Source of the DNA: Candidatus Nitrosopumilus koreensis AR1 | GTDB taxonomy: Archaea > Thermoproteota > Nitrososphaeria > Nitrososphaerales > Nitrosopumilaceae | DNA: 32,000 bases | Direction: 5' to 3' | Assembly: GCF_000299365.1 (NCBI RefSeq) | Contig: NC_018655.1 | Coordinates: forward strand, 60,001-92,000 | In this document: piece after piece, positions 17,646-27,152 of the stretch | Layout of the letters: the number at the start of each line of letters is the position of its first letter | Numbering within the stretch: position 1 is the first letter of the stretch | The notes under the pieces: model-generated | Told to the model about the DNA's origin: nothing | Database searches by the model: none | What the model saw: only the letters and a program-made list of their open reading frames with translations | Program-made: the position numbers and the translations under genes

Positions 17646-18812
17646 TTAAACTATCCTAGATCTTGGACTGAATTTTTTTATGCCTGACAAATATCCTGCC
17701 TCTGCTACATTAGCTATAACTAGTGCTACAGCTAGTCCTAAAATCCCATATATTTCTCCTAAAATGAATATTAATACAATTTGTACGACAACAAAGATCG
17801 CTGAGGCTATTACAACAGTTTTGATTTTTTCATTTCCCATAAATTCTGACATATACATGAAAGTAACTGTTTTGGGAATTATGGCTATGCTAAGAATTTG
17901 TATTACTAAAATTGCATCCAAAAATTTTGGAAAGAAGTTAGGGATTAGAATTGGAGATAAAAAAATTCCTAATACAGCTAGTATTCCTGATGCACCAAAC
18001 ACAACTTTTTTTAATTTTATGTTTGGTTTTCCACTAGCATCTTGAGGAAGTGTGTAATACAAAACTGCAGCAGGCAATAAAGATAATAAATTAAAAATTT
18101 GAATTCCTAAATAATAATTTCCTAATATAGCAAATCCAAAAATTGGAGCAATAATTAATTTGTCTAAATGCCCACTTAAGACTTTTGAAATATCTAAAAC
18201 ATAGTTATTTGCAATAAAATTTTTTTTATTTTTTAGATGTTCTATTGAAAATTCGGATTCTTTTAGACTTTTGTATACTATTATTACAAATGGAATAAAA
18301 GATAATCCAATTCCTAATATTACTCCATCTGGACCTATTCCAAAAAATAAACCCATGGCCAGACCAAACATAAGTGATCTTTGGGTAATTATTAATTTTG
18401 AATATTTTATATAGAATTTTTTTCCTAACGTTTCGCTTATTATTAAAGTGAAAATTACATATCCTAAAACATGAATACTTACCCCTAAATTCTGAAATAT
18501 GAAAAATATAATTACCGAAGAAATAATCCCTGATAATCCAACCATATACCATAATGATTTTTGAATTTTTTCTCCTTTGGCAGTATACACTGTCATTGTA
18601 TTGTATGCACCTAATCCTGCTGCAACTCCTACAATTGATGCAATAGAAAGAAAATACCCTATTTCTCCATAGGCTTCAGCATCCATTAATGCTGCTAATA
18701 AAATCCAAAAAATTCCACCAATTGCAGATGCAACAAGATTTGCCACGCCTATTGCTGTTAGATCTTTAAATCTCACAACAAGTTTGATGATTTTTTCAAA
18801 AAACTTTGTCAT
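17646..18812 (-). CDS. polysaccharide/oligosaccharide flippase (Wzx/MOP superfamily-like)
   Basis: 388 aa, polytopic and hydrophobic throughout, with the N-terminal pattern typical of polysaccharide biosynthesis transporters. Confidence 0.6.
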   Translation of the reverse strand: MTKFFEKIIKLVVRFKDLTAIGVANLVASAIGGIFWILLAALMDAEAYGEIGYFLSIASIVGVAAGLGAYNTMTVYTAKGEKIQKSLWYMVGLSGIISSVIIFFIFQNLGVSIHVLGYVIFTLIISETLGKKFYIKYSKLIITQRSLMFGLAMGLFFGIGPDGVILGIGLSFIPFVIIVYKSLKESEFSIEHLKNKKNFIANNYVLDISKVLSGHLDKLIIAPIFGFAILGNYYLGIQIFNLLSLLPAAVLYYTLPQDASGKPNIKLKKVVFGASGILAVLGIFLSPILIPNFFPKFLDAILVIQILSIAIIPKTVTFMYMSEFMGNEKIKTVVIASAIFVVVQIVLIFILGEIYGILGLAVALVIANVAEAGYLSGIKKFSPRSRIV

Positions 18813-18828
18813 AATTTTTCCAATTCTT

Positions 18829-19712
18829 TTAATTTTCTTTTCCTTCTCTCACTAAGTTTACCAATGTAAATAACAAAATTGCATTCATCAGAAAAATTAA
18901 ACCTAAAATTGTTGTTCCAATTCCAATCAACGAAACGTTGGTTATTATTTGTCTAGTTTCAGCAAATCCCTGAATTGCCCAAAAACTAAAAATAAACCAA
19001 TAGATAAAAGAACCACTCCTGGAATCCCATAAAACTTCAAAGGTCTTTCTATTGAAATGAATTTCATTGTGCTTACTATCACTGATGCACCATGACTCAC
19101 CGGATGATGTGTTGATGTATTTCCTTCATACAAAATTGTTACAGGAATTTCAAAAATTTTTAAATTTGCTTTATTTGCTTTAATTAAAATCTCTGTAGAT
19201 ACCCCCATTCCATTTTCTGATGGAGTAATAGATTCTAGAGCTTTTGAATTATATGCCCTTAAACCACTTTGTGAATCTGTTAATTCTTTCTCTCCGGATA
19301 TATTGGCAATCTTTGTGATTACTTTGATACCTGTTTTACGATAATTTGGAATATTTGATTCATCTTGACCTAAAAACCTAGAACCAATTACAATGTCTGC
19401 CTTATCTTTTGTTAATGGTTCAATTAGTGATGTGATATCTTCAACTCGATGTTGACCATCTGCATCAAATGTTACTAAACTATCTGTATTCAATTCTTTT
19501 GCTTTAAGAAATATACTGCGAATAGCTGCTCCATAACCCAAGTTTTTTTCATGGCGTATTACTATCACATTCATTTTTTCAGCAATTTTTGCGGTCATAT
19601 CACTTGAACCATCATCACAAACTATGATGGAATAGCCCTTATCCTGTAATTGAACAATCACTTTTGCAATATTTTTTTCCTCGTTGTATGCAGGTATTCC
19701 AATTGTTATCAA
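18829..19712 (-). CDS. GT2 glycosyltransferase, dolichyl-phosphate hexose synthase-like; the C-terminal membrane anchor is in another frame as sequenced
   Basis: IGIPAYNEE..., DDGSSD and FDADGQH (DxD) motifs. The ORF stops at 18945. The adjacent frame continues as FSFWAIQGFAETRQIITNVSLIGIGTTILGLIFLMNAILLFTLVNLVREGKEN to a stop at 18829-18831. One extra T in either T5 run (plus-strand A5 at 18981-18985 or 18988-18992) joins them, giving 294 aa. Confidence 0.7.
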
Positions 19713-19792
19713 AATTATTTCCTCTTTTTACCTAAAGTAGATAAGGATGACGACTCAATTTATAATAACAACTAGAATATTGTTGATAAACT

Positions 19793-20746
19793 ATGAAATC
19801 CAAAAAAATTCTGATAACAGGCGGTGCAGGATTTATTGGAACTTCGCTTGCAAATACTCTTTCTAATAATAATGATGTAACGATTTTTGATAATTTTTCT
19901 GTAAATGCTAATTTTCAAAATTATTCAAATAATGAAATTATTTTGGTGAAAGGAGATTTGTGCAATCCTGATGATTATCAAAAATTAAGTAATGATTATG
20001 ATGTTGTATTCCATCTAGCTGCAGATCCTGAAGTTAGACTAAGTGTAACTAATTCACAATCAATATTTCAGAATAATGTTCAAGCGACCTACCACTTGCT
20101 AGAATGGTTAAAGACTATAGAAACAAAAACAATTTCATTTACATCAACATCTGCTGTATATGGAGATGTAGAAATTTTCCCAACACCTGAGACGATACAG
20201 TGTTTTCCAATTTCCTTGTATGCTGGAAGTAAATTAGCTTGCGAATTCATGATCTCTTCATATTGCCATACCTATGATAAGATTGGTACGGCGATCAGAC
20301 TTGCTAATGTGGTAGGGCCTTTTTCAAAACATGGTATACTTTTTGATATGCTAAATAAATTAAGAAAAAATCAAAATGAACTTGAGATTTTAGGAGATGG
20401 TACTCAAAACAAGTCATATCTTTACATAGATGATTGTATTTCTGGACTTTTAGCAATAACTCAAGCAAATACAAAAAATTTTCAAATATTCAATCTAGGT
20501 TCTGATACGCAAATTCAAGTTAAAGACATAGTTGACATAATATTGAAAAATACTAATTTAGAAAATACTCATAAAAATTTTTCTGGTGGAACAAAAGATG
20601 GTCGTGGATGGATTGGGGATGTAAAAACCATGCTGTTGGATATTAGCAAATCTAAGAGTTTAGGATGGACTCCATCTCTAAATAGCTCTGAATCTATTGA
20701 AAAAACAGTAATTGAATTATTAAAATCCAAACCTATTTTTGATTAA
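19793..20746 (+). CDS. NAD-dependent NDP-sugar epimerase (extended SDR, GalE-like)
   Basis: 317 aa with GGAGFIG, TSTSAVYG and YAGSKLACE (YxxxK). Confidence 0.8.
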   Translation: MKSKKILITGGAGFIGTSLANTLSNNNDVTIFDNFSVNANFQNYSNNEIILVKGDLCNPDDYQKLSNDYDVVFHLAADPEVRLSVTNSQSIFQNNVQATYHLLEWLKTIETKTISFTSTSAVYGDVEIFPTPETIQCFPISLYAGSKLACEFMISSYCHTYDKIGTAIRLANVVGPFSKHGILFDMLNKLRKNQNELEILGDGTQNKSYLYIDDCISGLLAITQANTKNFQIFNLGSDTQIQVKDIVDIILKNTNLENTHKNFSGGTKDGRGWIGDVKTMLLDISKSKSLGWTPSLNSSESIEKTVIELLKSKPIFD

Positions 20747-21571
20747 TTCTGTTATATCCAATCTTATTTTTTAGAACAAATGCATTTTTTGGTGATACAA
20801 AAAATGTTAATGGTGTTATTAAAAAATAAATTAAATCGTAAGTTGAATTAAATCCTAAATTTTTTACTGCATTTTTCTTGACTTGAAAATTTATTTTTCT
20901 ATTTTTTCTCCAATTTTTTCCTCTCATAACTGAATCTGTAGTTTCTCTTAATCTAATCAATGGTTTTGGTATATTTCCAACTTTGAATCCATTTGAAATA
21001 ACTCTAAAATACAAATCATAATCTTCTGCACCATTAAATGATGTATTATATGTACCAATTTTTTCTATGATTTTTTTTCTAAACATTATTGATGGATGTA
21101 AAAATGGATTATGAAACATGATTTTCTTTCTAATTTCTGAATTTTTTGTTGGTGGTTCAATGGTTCCTAAAATTTCATTATTTTCTGAAATTGATGTTGC
21201 CCAACTTCCTATTAGGTCTAAATTATTTTCTCTCAAAAATTTTTCTTGTTCCTCAAACCTATTTTTTTCAGAAATATCGTCTGCGTCCATTCGTGCAATC
21301 AATTCCCCGCTTGCTTCATTGATTCCTTCATTTAATGAATTTGCAATTCCTTTTTTTTGTTGTAAAACTACTTTTAATCTTGAATCTTTTGATTTTTCCT
21401 TAAGGACTGATTCAATATCTTTATCTAAATCTGAATTTGATTTTTCAAAAATTACAATCACTTCAATTTTTTGATATGATTGTTCTAATATGCTTGAAAT
21501 GCTTTGAATTAGAAGTTTTTTTTAATTTTAAAAACAGGGATTAGAACAGAAATGAGTTCTTTTTCTATCAT
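20733..21571 (-). pseudogene. GT2 glycosyltransferase, N-terminal 20 codons separated from the body by a 1-nt deficit in an A8 run
   Basis: The ATG at 21571 gives MIEKELISVLIPVFKIKKNF then a stop. The adjacent frame reads ..LLIQSISSILEQSYQKIEVIVIFEKSN.. into the 242-aa ORF (DADD, AEDYD motifs). The body frame opens only at 21521 and the leader frame stops at 21509-21511, so the shift must be in plus-strand T8 21516-21523. Repaired length is 279 aa. Confidence 0.75.
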
Positions 21572-21572
21572 C

Positions 21573-22361
21573 TTATTTGATTTTTCTGGCATGAATAAAA
21601 CCATATTCATTACTGTGTTTATCAGGTATTAATTCAACTTGATATTCTATATTTTCTAGAAACTTTTTCAATTCATTTCCATTATGAATATTATCATTAT
21701 GATATTCTAACGAAATCAATTCAATTTTATTAAAAATCTGTTCGTTATTCATTAAAATTTCATACTCCGCACCTTCACAATCTAATTTTAACAAATTACA
21801 TTTTTCAATTTTATTTTCTTCAAGAATTTTTTGTAATGTAATAGATTCTACTTTTTTTTCTTTTGGTCCTTTTTTATTTGTTGAAGAACCTACAGTTCCA
21901 AATTTACCATATTCATCAGAAAACAAAGTGCTTATTCCATTCTTTTTACCAACAGCTTTTTGATACGTTACAGTATTTTTGATTGAATTAATTTGAATAT
22001 TTTTTAGAAGCTTATCATAATTTTTTTCATCTGGTTCATAACAAAATATCTTTGCTGATGGATATTTTTTGCCAATATATACTGAAAAAGTTCCAATATT
22101 AGCACCAATATCAATTATATGCTGATTTTCATTTGTTTTTATCAAATATCGATCATAATTATTTTCTGAAGAAAAGTTTTCTATAATTGCAACAACATCC
22201 AAAGCATTTTCATTTGTATAAAAATTAATTCCATTTTTTAATTCTATTTTTGGTGGACATTTATTTTTTATAATTAACTTTAAAGTTTCTTTAGAATTCT
22301 TTGTTATATTAATTATTTTTAAAATAATTTTTATTTTATGAAATAAATTTTGAATTTTCAT
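21573..22361 (-). CDS. FkbM-family SAM-dependent methyltransferase
   Basis: 262 aa. IIDIGANIGTFSVYIGKKYP..IFCYEPDEKNY is typical of FkbM methyltransferases. Its stop lies 1 nt before the ATG of the GT2 gene downstream. Confidence 0.8.
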   Translation of the reverse strand: MKIQNLFHKIKIILKIINITKNSKETLKLIIKNKCPPKIELKNGINFYTNENALDVVAIIENFSSENNYDRYLIKTNENQHIIDIGANIGTFSVYIGKKYPSAKIFCYEPDEKNYDKLLKNIQINSIKNTVTYQKAVGKKNGISTLFSDEYGKFGTVGSSTNKKGPKEKKVESITLQKILEENKIEKCNLLKLDCEGAEYEILMNNEQIFNKIELISLEYHNDNIHNGNELKKFLENIEYQVELIPDKHSNEYGFIHARKIK

Positions 22362-22416
22362 GAATCTAATTACTTTTGAATTGGTGAATCACATTTAAAA
22401 TTTCTTTTATTAATTA

Positions 22417-23436
22417 TTATCTCTTTTTTCTATAAATTTCATTTTTTGTCCATCCTTTAAATGATGTTCCAAATCTTACTTCATTTTCATCTACCCATTG
22501 TATGGTTTCCTCTAATCCTTCCCTAAACGAAGTTGTGATTTTCCAATCAAGTATTTTTTTTGCTTTATTATTATTGCATTCTAATTTATTTACATCAAAA
22601 GGCCTAATCCTCTCTTTATCCGCTTTAATTTTGTAATTTTTATTCAATATTGAGCCAATAATTTTTACAATTTCTTTAATTTTGTAAGATTTTCCACTAC
22701 CTAAATTAATCGTCTCACCAATTGCTTTATCCGTAAAAAGTGCTTTAATCACTCCATTTGCTGTATCTCTAACAAATGTAAAATCTCTTGATGATTCTAC
22801 ATTTCCAAGTTTTATTTCCTTATTTTCTTTTTTGAACTGTGAAACGATTTCTGGGATGATATATGGCTGTGTAATTCTAGGCCCAAATGAATTAAATGGT
22901 CTAATTATGACTGCTGGGAAATTATGTTCTTTATGAATTGTAAAAACTGCTCTATCTGCTGCTAATTTACTTACTGCATATGTTGAATGTGGTAAAGTTG
23001 GATGATTTTCATCCATTGGACTTTTTTTTGCTGTTCCGTATACTTCACTTGTGGATATGTGAACAAAATTTTTCATTTTTTTATTTTTCATTGAAGCTAA
23101 AATTACATTTAATGTACCATTTGTATTCACATCAAAAAATTGCTGCGGGAAATTATATGAATCAGGAATGAATGGCAATGCCGCCAAATTTATTACATAT
23201 TCACACTTTTTAATTGATTTTTCTAAAAGTTTTTTATTTTTTATGTCTCCTTTAATGATTTCAATATTTTGAATATTTTTTAGATACTTTCTTTTACCTG
23301 ATGAAAAATTGTCATAAATAACTGCCTTTCCTCCTGAATTTGTTATCTGTCTTACGATTTCTGATCCAATAAATCCTGCACCGCCTGTTATCAGAATTTT
23401 TTTCCCTTTACATTGTTCTATAGTTTCAATTTTCAA
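22417..23436 (-). CDS. NDP-sugar 4,6-dehydratase-type extended SDR (possible functional Gmd analogue)
   Basis: 339 aa with GGAGFIGS, STSEVYG (a Thr-Ser-Glu triad context typical of 4,6-dehydratases), YAVSKLAADR and RPFNSFGPR. Confidence 0.65.
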   Translation of the reverse strand: MKIETIEQCKGKKILITGGAGFIGSEIVRQITNSGGKAVIYDNFSSGKRKYLKNIQNIEIIKGDIKNKKLLEKSIKKCEYVINLAALPFIPDSYNFPQQFFDVNTNGTLNVILASMKNKKMKNFVHISTSEVYGTAKKSPMDENHPTLPHSTYAVSKLAADRAVFTIHKEHNFPAVIIRPFNSFGPRITQPYIIPEIVSQFKKENKEIKLGNVESSRDFTFVRDTANGVIKALFTDKAIGETINLGSGKSYKIKEIVKIIGSILNKNYKIKADKERIRPFDVNKLECNNNKAKKILDWKITTSFREGLEETIQWVDENEVRFGTSFKGWTKNEIYRKKR

Positions 23437-23498
23437 TATTATATTACACCAAATTTAGATTGTTTATTTAAATAATCCTAGATTAGACTTAAGCCTAA

Positions 23499-23930
23499 TT
23501 GATCAAGTTTGTATCTGAAAAGGACTTTGAAATATCAAAAAGATCATTTCCTATGTCTTGTGTAGATCTAATTGTCTTAAATCCACAATCTGAATTTTTG
23601 TTGGTAAAACGAGCAATTTCTCCCTATAAGAATAAGTGGTGTTTGCCTGGTGGAATAATCCATTTTGGAGAAAAATTAGAGGCTGCTGTAAAACGAATCT
23701 CTAACAATGAATTGGGTATCAATACAAAAATCATTGAAGAGATTGGTTTTTTTGAAAAAGTTTATCCTGGAAGACATGATATCACTCATTGTTTTCTTGT
23801 TTCTACCAAAAATACTAACATAAAATTAGATTTCCAAGCATCTGATGCAAAATTCTTTTCTCAAATTCCTTCTCAAATAGGCTCATTTTATATCCCAATG
23901 CTTCAGAAAGCAATTTTTCTAGACAAGTAA
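23499..23930 (+). CDS. gmm: Nudix hydrolase, GDP-mannose mannosyl hydrolase (Gmm/WcaH)-like
   Basis: 143 aa, TTG start. The N-terminus EKDFEISKRSFPMSCVDLIVLN parallels the WcaH pattern. Nudix box GGIIHFGEKLEAAVKRISNNELG. It lies directly upstream of fcl, as in colanic-acid-type clusters. Confidence 0.65.
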   Translation: MIKFVSEKDFEISKRSFPMSCVDLIVLNPQSEFLLVKRAISPYKNKWCLPGGIIHFGEKLEAAVKRISNNELGINTKIIEEIGFFEKVYPGRHDITHCFLVSTKNTNIKLDFQASDAKFFSQIPSQIGSFYIPMLQKAIFLDK

Positions 23931-23962
23931 TTTAAATAATTCATAACTTGATTTGACATACT

Positions 23963-24901
23963 GTGATTAACTGGAATGAAAAAAATGTCTTAGTTACTGG
24001 CGGAAATGGATTTTTAGGCTCATATGTTATTGAAGCATTGAAAAAAAAATCTGTTAAAAATTTAATCACACCTACATCATCGGAATGTGATTTAACTCAA
24101 CACGAAAATTGCAAAAGAATTGTTAAAAATATTGATATTGTTTTTCATCTAGCTGCTAAAGTTGGTGGTATTGGATTCAATAAAGAAAAACCTGCAGAAT
24201 TATTTTATGATAATATAATGATGGGAACACAATTAATGAATGAAGCAAAGAATACTGGCGTAGAAAAATTTATTGCGTTAGGAACAATTTGCAGCTATCC
24301 AAAATTTACGACATTGCCTTTTTCTGAAGATTCTATATGGGATGGATATCCTGAAGAGACAAATGCTCCATATGGACTTGCAAAAAAAATGTTGCTCGTT
24401 CAATCTCAATCCTATAGGCAACAATATGATTTCAAATCAATTGTAGTGTTTCCCACGAATCTTTATGGTCCTAGAGATAATTTTGATCCATCAAGTTCTC
24501 ATGTAATTCCTGCACTAATAAAAAAAATCCACAAATCAAAAATTGAAGATACCCCGTTAACCGTATGGGGTGATGGTTCTCCAACCCGAGATTTTTTGTA
24601 TGTGGAAGATGCAGCAAGGGGAATTATCTTAGCTGCTGAAAAATATGATGATGATTCTCCCATTAATTTGGGATCTGGAAAAGAAGTTTCCATAAAAGAA
24701 TTGGTCACTGTTTTATGTAAAATCATGAATTTTGAGGGTGAAATAATTTGGGATACATCAAAACCTAATGGTCAGCCACGAAGATGTGTGAGCATAAAAT
24801 TAGCAGAAGAAAAAATTGGATTCAAACCTTTAGTGAATCTGGAAACTGGTTTAGAAAAAACCGTAAAATGGTATATTGAAAAAATTAATGGAACCTTGTG
24901 A
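23963..24901 (+). CDS. fcl: GDP-L-fucose synthase (GDP-4-keto-6-deoxy-D-mannose 3,5-epimerase/4-reductase)
   Basis: 312 aa, GTG start. TGGNGFLGS, AAKVGGI, CSYPK, PYGLAKK, PTNLYGPRDNF and SHVIPALI are all Fcl-typical blocks. Confidence 0.85.
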   Translation: MINWNEKNVLVTGGNGFLGSYVIEALKKKSVKNLITPTSSECDLTQHENCKRIVKNIDIVFHLAAKVGGIGFNKEKPAELFYDNIMMGTQLMNEAKNTGVEKFIALGTICSYPKFTTLPFSEDSIWDGYPEETNAPYGLAKKMLLVQSQSYRQQYDFKSIVVFPTNLYGPRDNFDPSSSHVIPALIKKIHKSKIEDTPLTVWGDGSPTRDFLYVEDAARGIILAAEKYDDDSPINLGSGKEVSIKELVTVLCKIMNFEGEIIWDTSKPNGQPRRCVSIKLAEEKIGFKPLVNLETGLEKTVKWYIEKINGTL

Positions 24902-24923
24902 TTACAATGTGCTTTTTACAATC

Positions 24924-26084
24924 CTAAATCGATATTTCAAAAATTTCTTTCAAAATATCATTCCTTTTTTTAAGGGAAAATTCTCCCTTTTCAATTGTCA
25001 GTTTAGATTCTTTTCCTATCTGATTTCTTAATTTTTTGTTTTCAATTAAAAGTTTGAAATTTTCAATTAATTTTTTTGTCATAAATGGTCTTAATTTTCG
25101 CATTTCTACTAGAAACTGTTTTGAATAATCATTAGGGGCCCCATTTTTTGCATAAAATGATTTTGGTTTAGGAAGATCTATCAATATACCATTTTTCATA
25201 TTTTGGATTAATTCTGGTGTGTTGTAAAGTGATGTTGCAATAACAGGTAATCCATAACTCATAGCCTCTAAAACTGATAAATTAAGTACTTCAAAGCCAG
25301 AATGAGGAAAAATATCTGATGTTTTAAATAATTTTTCTAATTCTCTTGTTGAAAGAGGTTTTTCTAAAATCGTAATATTGTTGTAGTTTTTCAATTTTTC
25401 TTTAAGGTGTTGAGGTACGATAGATCTTATTACTAATTCAACATTTTCGAAATCTTTTTGAATTTCTAAAAACGCATCAATTGTTTCATACATTCCTTTA
25501 AACTCAAAACTATCTATATTTGCTGGATTTGTACTTCCAAGAAATAAAATTTTTAACGTTTCATTATCTTGTTTTGAAAAATTTTTTGGTGGAACTGTAT
25601 ATCTAACAATCTTAATTTTTTCTGAAAAGTTTTTTGTATCAAAAGAATTTTGCAAAGTTTCTAAACTCCACTTACTCCAAGGCATTATACATTTACAACT
25701 ATTTGAAGAGAGTTGTTTTGAAATGATACTTTTACTAAATTTTATATCCAAATATCCTGATAATGCGTTTGAATATTCTAAATCAACAATCCAGTTTTTT
25801 TCAGTTTTAATTACATGTTGTGATGCATAAATTAAATCTACATCATTTTGTATTGTGACATCAGAATTAATTTGTTTTAAAATATATGGTAATGAACCAA
25901 AAGACTGCAAAAATTGTTTGTATAAGTAATTCCTATGTTTACTAGCTATTTTTGTAAATATATGATTTTGACTTTCCTTTGATGAAACAATTGTGTATCC
26001 TTCAGGAGGATAATTCTTTAAAATATCATACAATGCATGTAATTTCATTCCTGTAAATCTAGATTTTAGATATATTCTTTTCAT
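24924..26084 (-). CDS. glycosyltransferase, GT-B fold (GT4/GT1-like)
   Basis: 386 aa with the C-terminal signature FEVLNLSVLEAMSYGLPVIATS. Confidence 0.75.
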   Translation of the reverse strand: MKRIYLKSRFTGMKLHALYDILKNYPPEGYTIVSSKESQNHIFTKIASKHRNYLYKQFLQSFGSLPYILKQINSDVTIQNDVDLIYASQHVIKTEKNWIVDLEYSNALSGYLDIKFSKSIISKQLSSNSCKCIMPWSKWSLETLQNSFDTKNFSEKIKIVRYTVPPKNFSKQDNETLKILFLGSTNPANIDSFEFKGMYETIDAFLEIQKDFENVELVIRSIVPQHLKEKLKNYNNITILEKPLSTRELEKLFKTSDIFPHSGFEVLNLSVLEAMSYGLPVIATSLYNTPELIQNMKNGILIDLPKPKSFYAKNGAPNDYSKQFLVEMRKLRPFMTKKLIENFKLLIENKKLRNQIGKESKLTIEKGEFSLKKRNDILKEIFEISI

Positions 26085-26091
26085 CGTTATC

Positions 26092-27005
26092 TTATTTTGT
26101 TATTTTATTTTTTATTATTAATAAAATCTCAAATATTACACCTAATCCAGCTTCAAAATTTAACATAACCATTTGATCCAAATTTTTTAAAAATACACTA
26201 CTTTCTAAATTTCTTATACACCATGATGTTAAAGGATAATTTGGAAAAATCATGCCCAATGAATTGCGGTTAAATTTTTTTGCCAAATACAAAATCCCTT
26301 GCCATGATTCTCCATGTTCTCTTCTTAACAACATTTTTTCTGGAAACTCATTATATGAACCATATTTTACTATGTTAAACATAATGGGCCATTCATCACC
26401 CAAAAATCTTTCATTAATCATACTTTTTTGAAGAAACTGTGTTCTCATTACCCCGTAAATCATATTACTGGATTTTGATTTTAAAATATCCTTTATTTTT
26501 TTAGAATAGTTTCCTTTAATTGGATAGAGATTTGGCCTTTTTGAATATAATTTTTCTCTAATTTTTTTTCTAGTATTTACAATTTTTTTTCATCTTCATT
26601 TGATTTTATAAAATCTTCTTTGGAAACTGACCCCACAAATTCTTTATTTTTAACAAGAAATTCAAAATTCTTTTCTAAAAATTTTGAATCCCATTCATCA
26701 TCTACTGCAGCCCATACAAAAAACTCTCTTTTTGCATTTTGTAAAACATAATCAAAATTTGACATACCTCCAATATTCGTAGATTGTTTATGATATGTAA
26801 TTCGACTATCTTGTTTTTGCATTTCTAAACAAATTTTTTCTGTTGCATCTGTAGATGCATTATTTGAAATAATAATTTCAAAATCTTGAAATGTTTGATT
26901 CAAAATTCCTTTGATTCTTTTCTCAAGAAATTTTTCTCCATTATATACAGGTAATCCAATCGAAATTCCTGAGGAAAATTTATTTGAATCATTATTTTTT
27001 TCCAT
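26092..27005 (-). pseudogene. GT2 glycosyltransferase split into 26577-27005 and 26092-26463 by a 1-nt deficit in an A8 run
   Basis: The N-terminal ORF has the ISIGLPVYNGEKF, NNASTD and AAVDDE (DxD) motifs. The downstream frame is open from 26589 and the upstream frame stops at 26577-26579, so the shift must be in plus-strand T8 26583-26590. One added base gives 304 aa. Confidence 0.75.
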
Positions 27006-27152
27006 ATTCCTTCTCTCGATTATAACTTATGGTTCAATTTGATGTTTATTCATTGTACCTTTAAAAAAATTGATTTTATAGATGATTAAATATATCAAAC
27101 TTTCAGAAATTAAATAAATAATATTAACACAAGTAATACTAATTTTACTATT

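Noticed and set aside
17680-18552. ORFs 17680-18045 (+) and 18226-18552 (-) within the flippase gene
   Set aside because: One is antisense and the other is an alternative frame of a continuous polytopic membrane-protein ORF. There is no support for either.
21118-21474. 118-aa plus-strand ORF
   Set aside because: It is antisense to the GT2 gene body.
16983-27005. Interpreting all homopolymer frameshifts in the glycosyltransferases as programmed phase variation
   Set aside because: Identical single-base deficits also hit the core genes pelota and tes, and they occur on both strands. A technical homopolymer error is the more economical explanation until reads show otherwise. The idea is kept only as a secondary hypothesis for the two A8 tracts.
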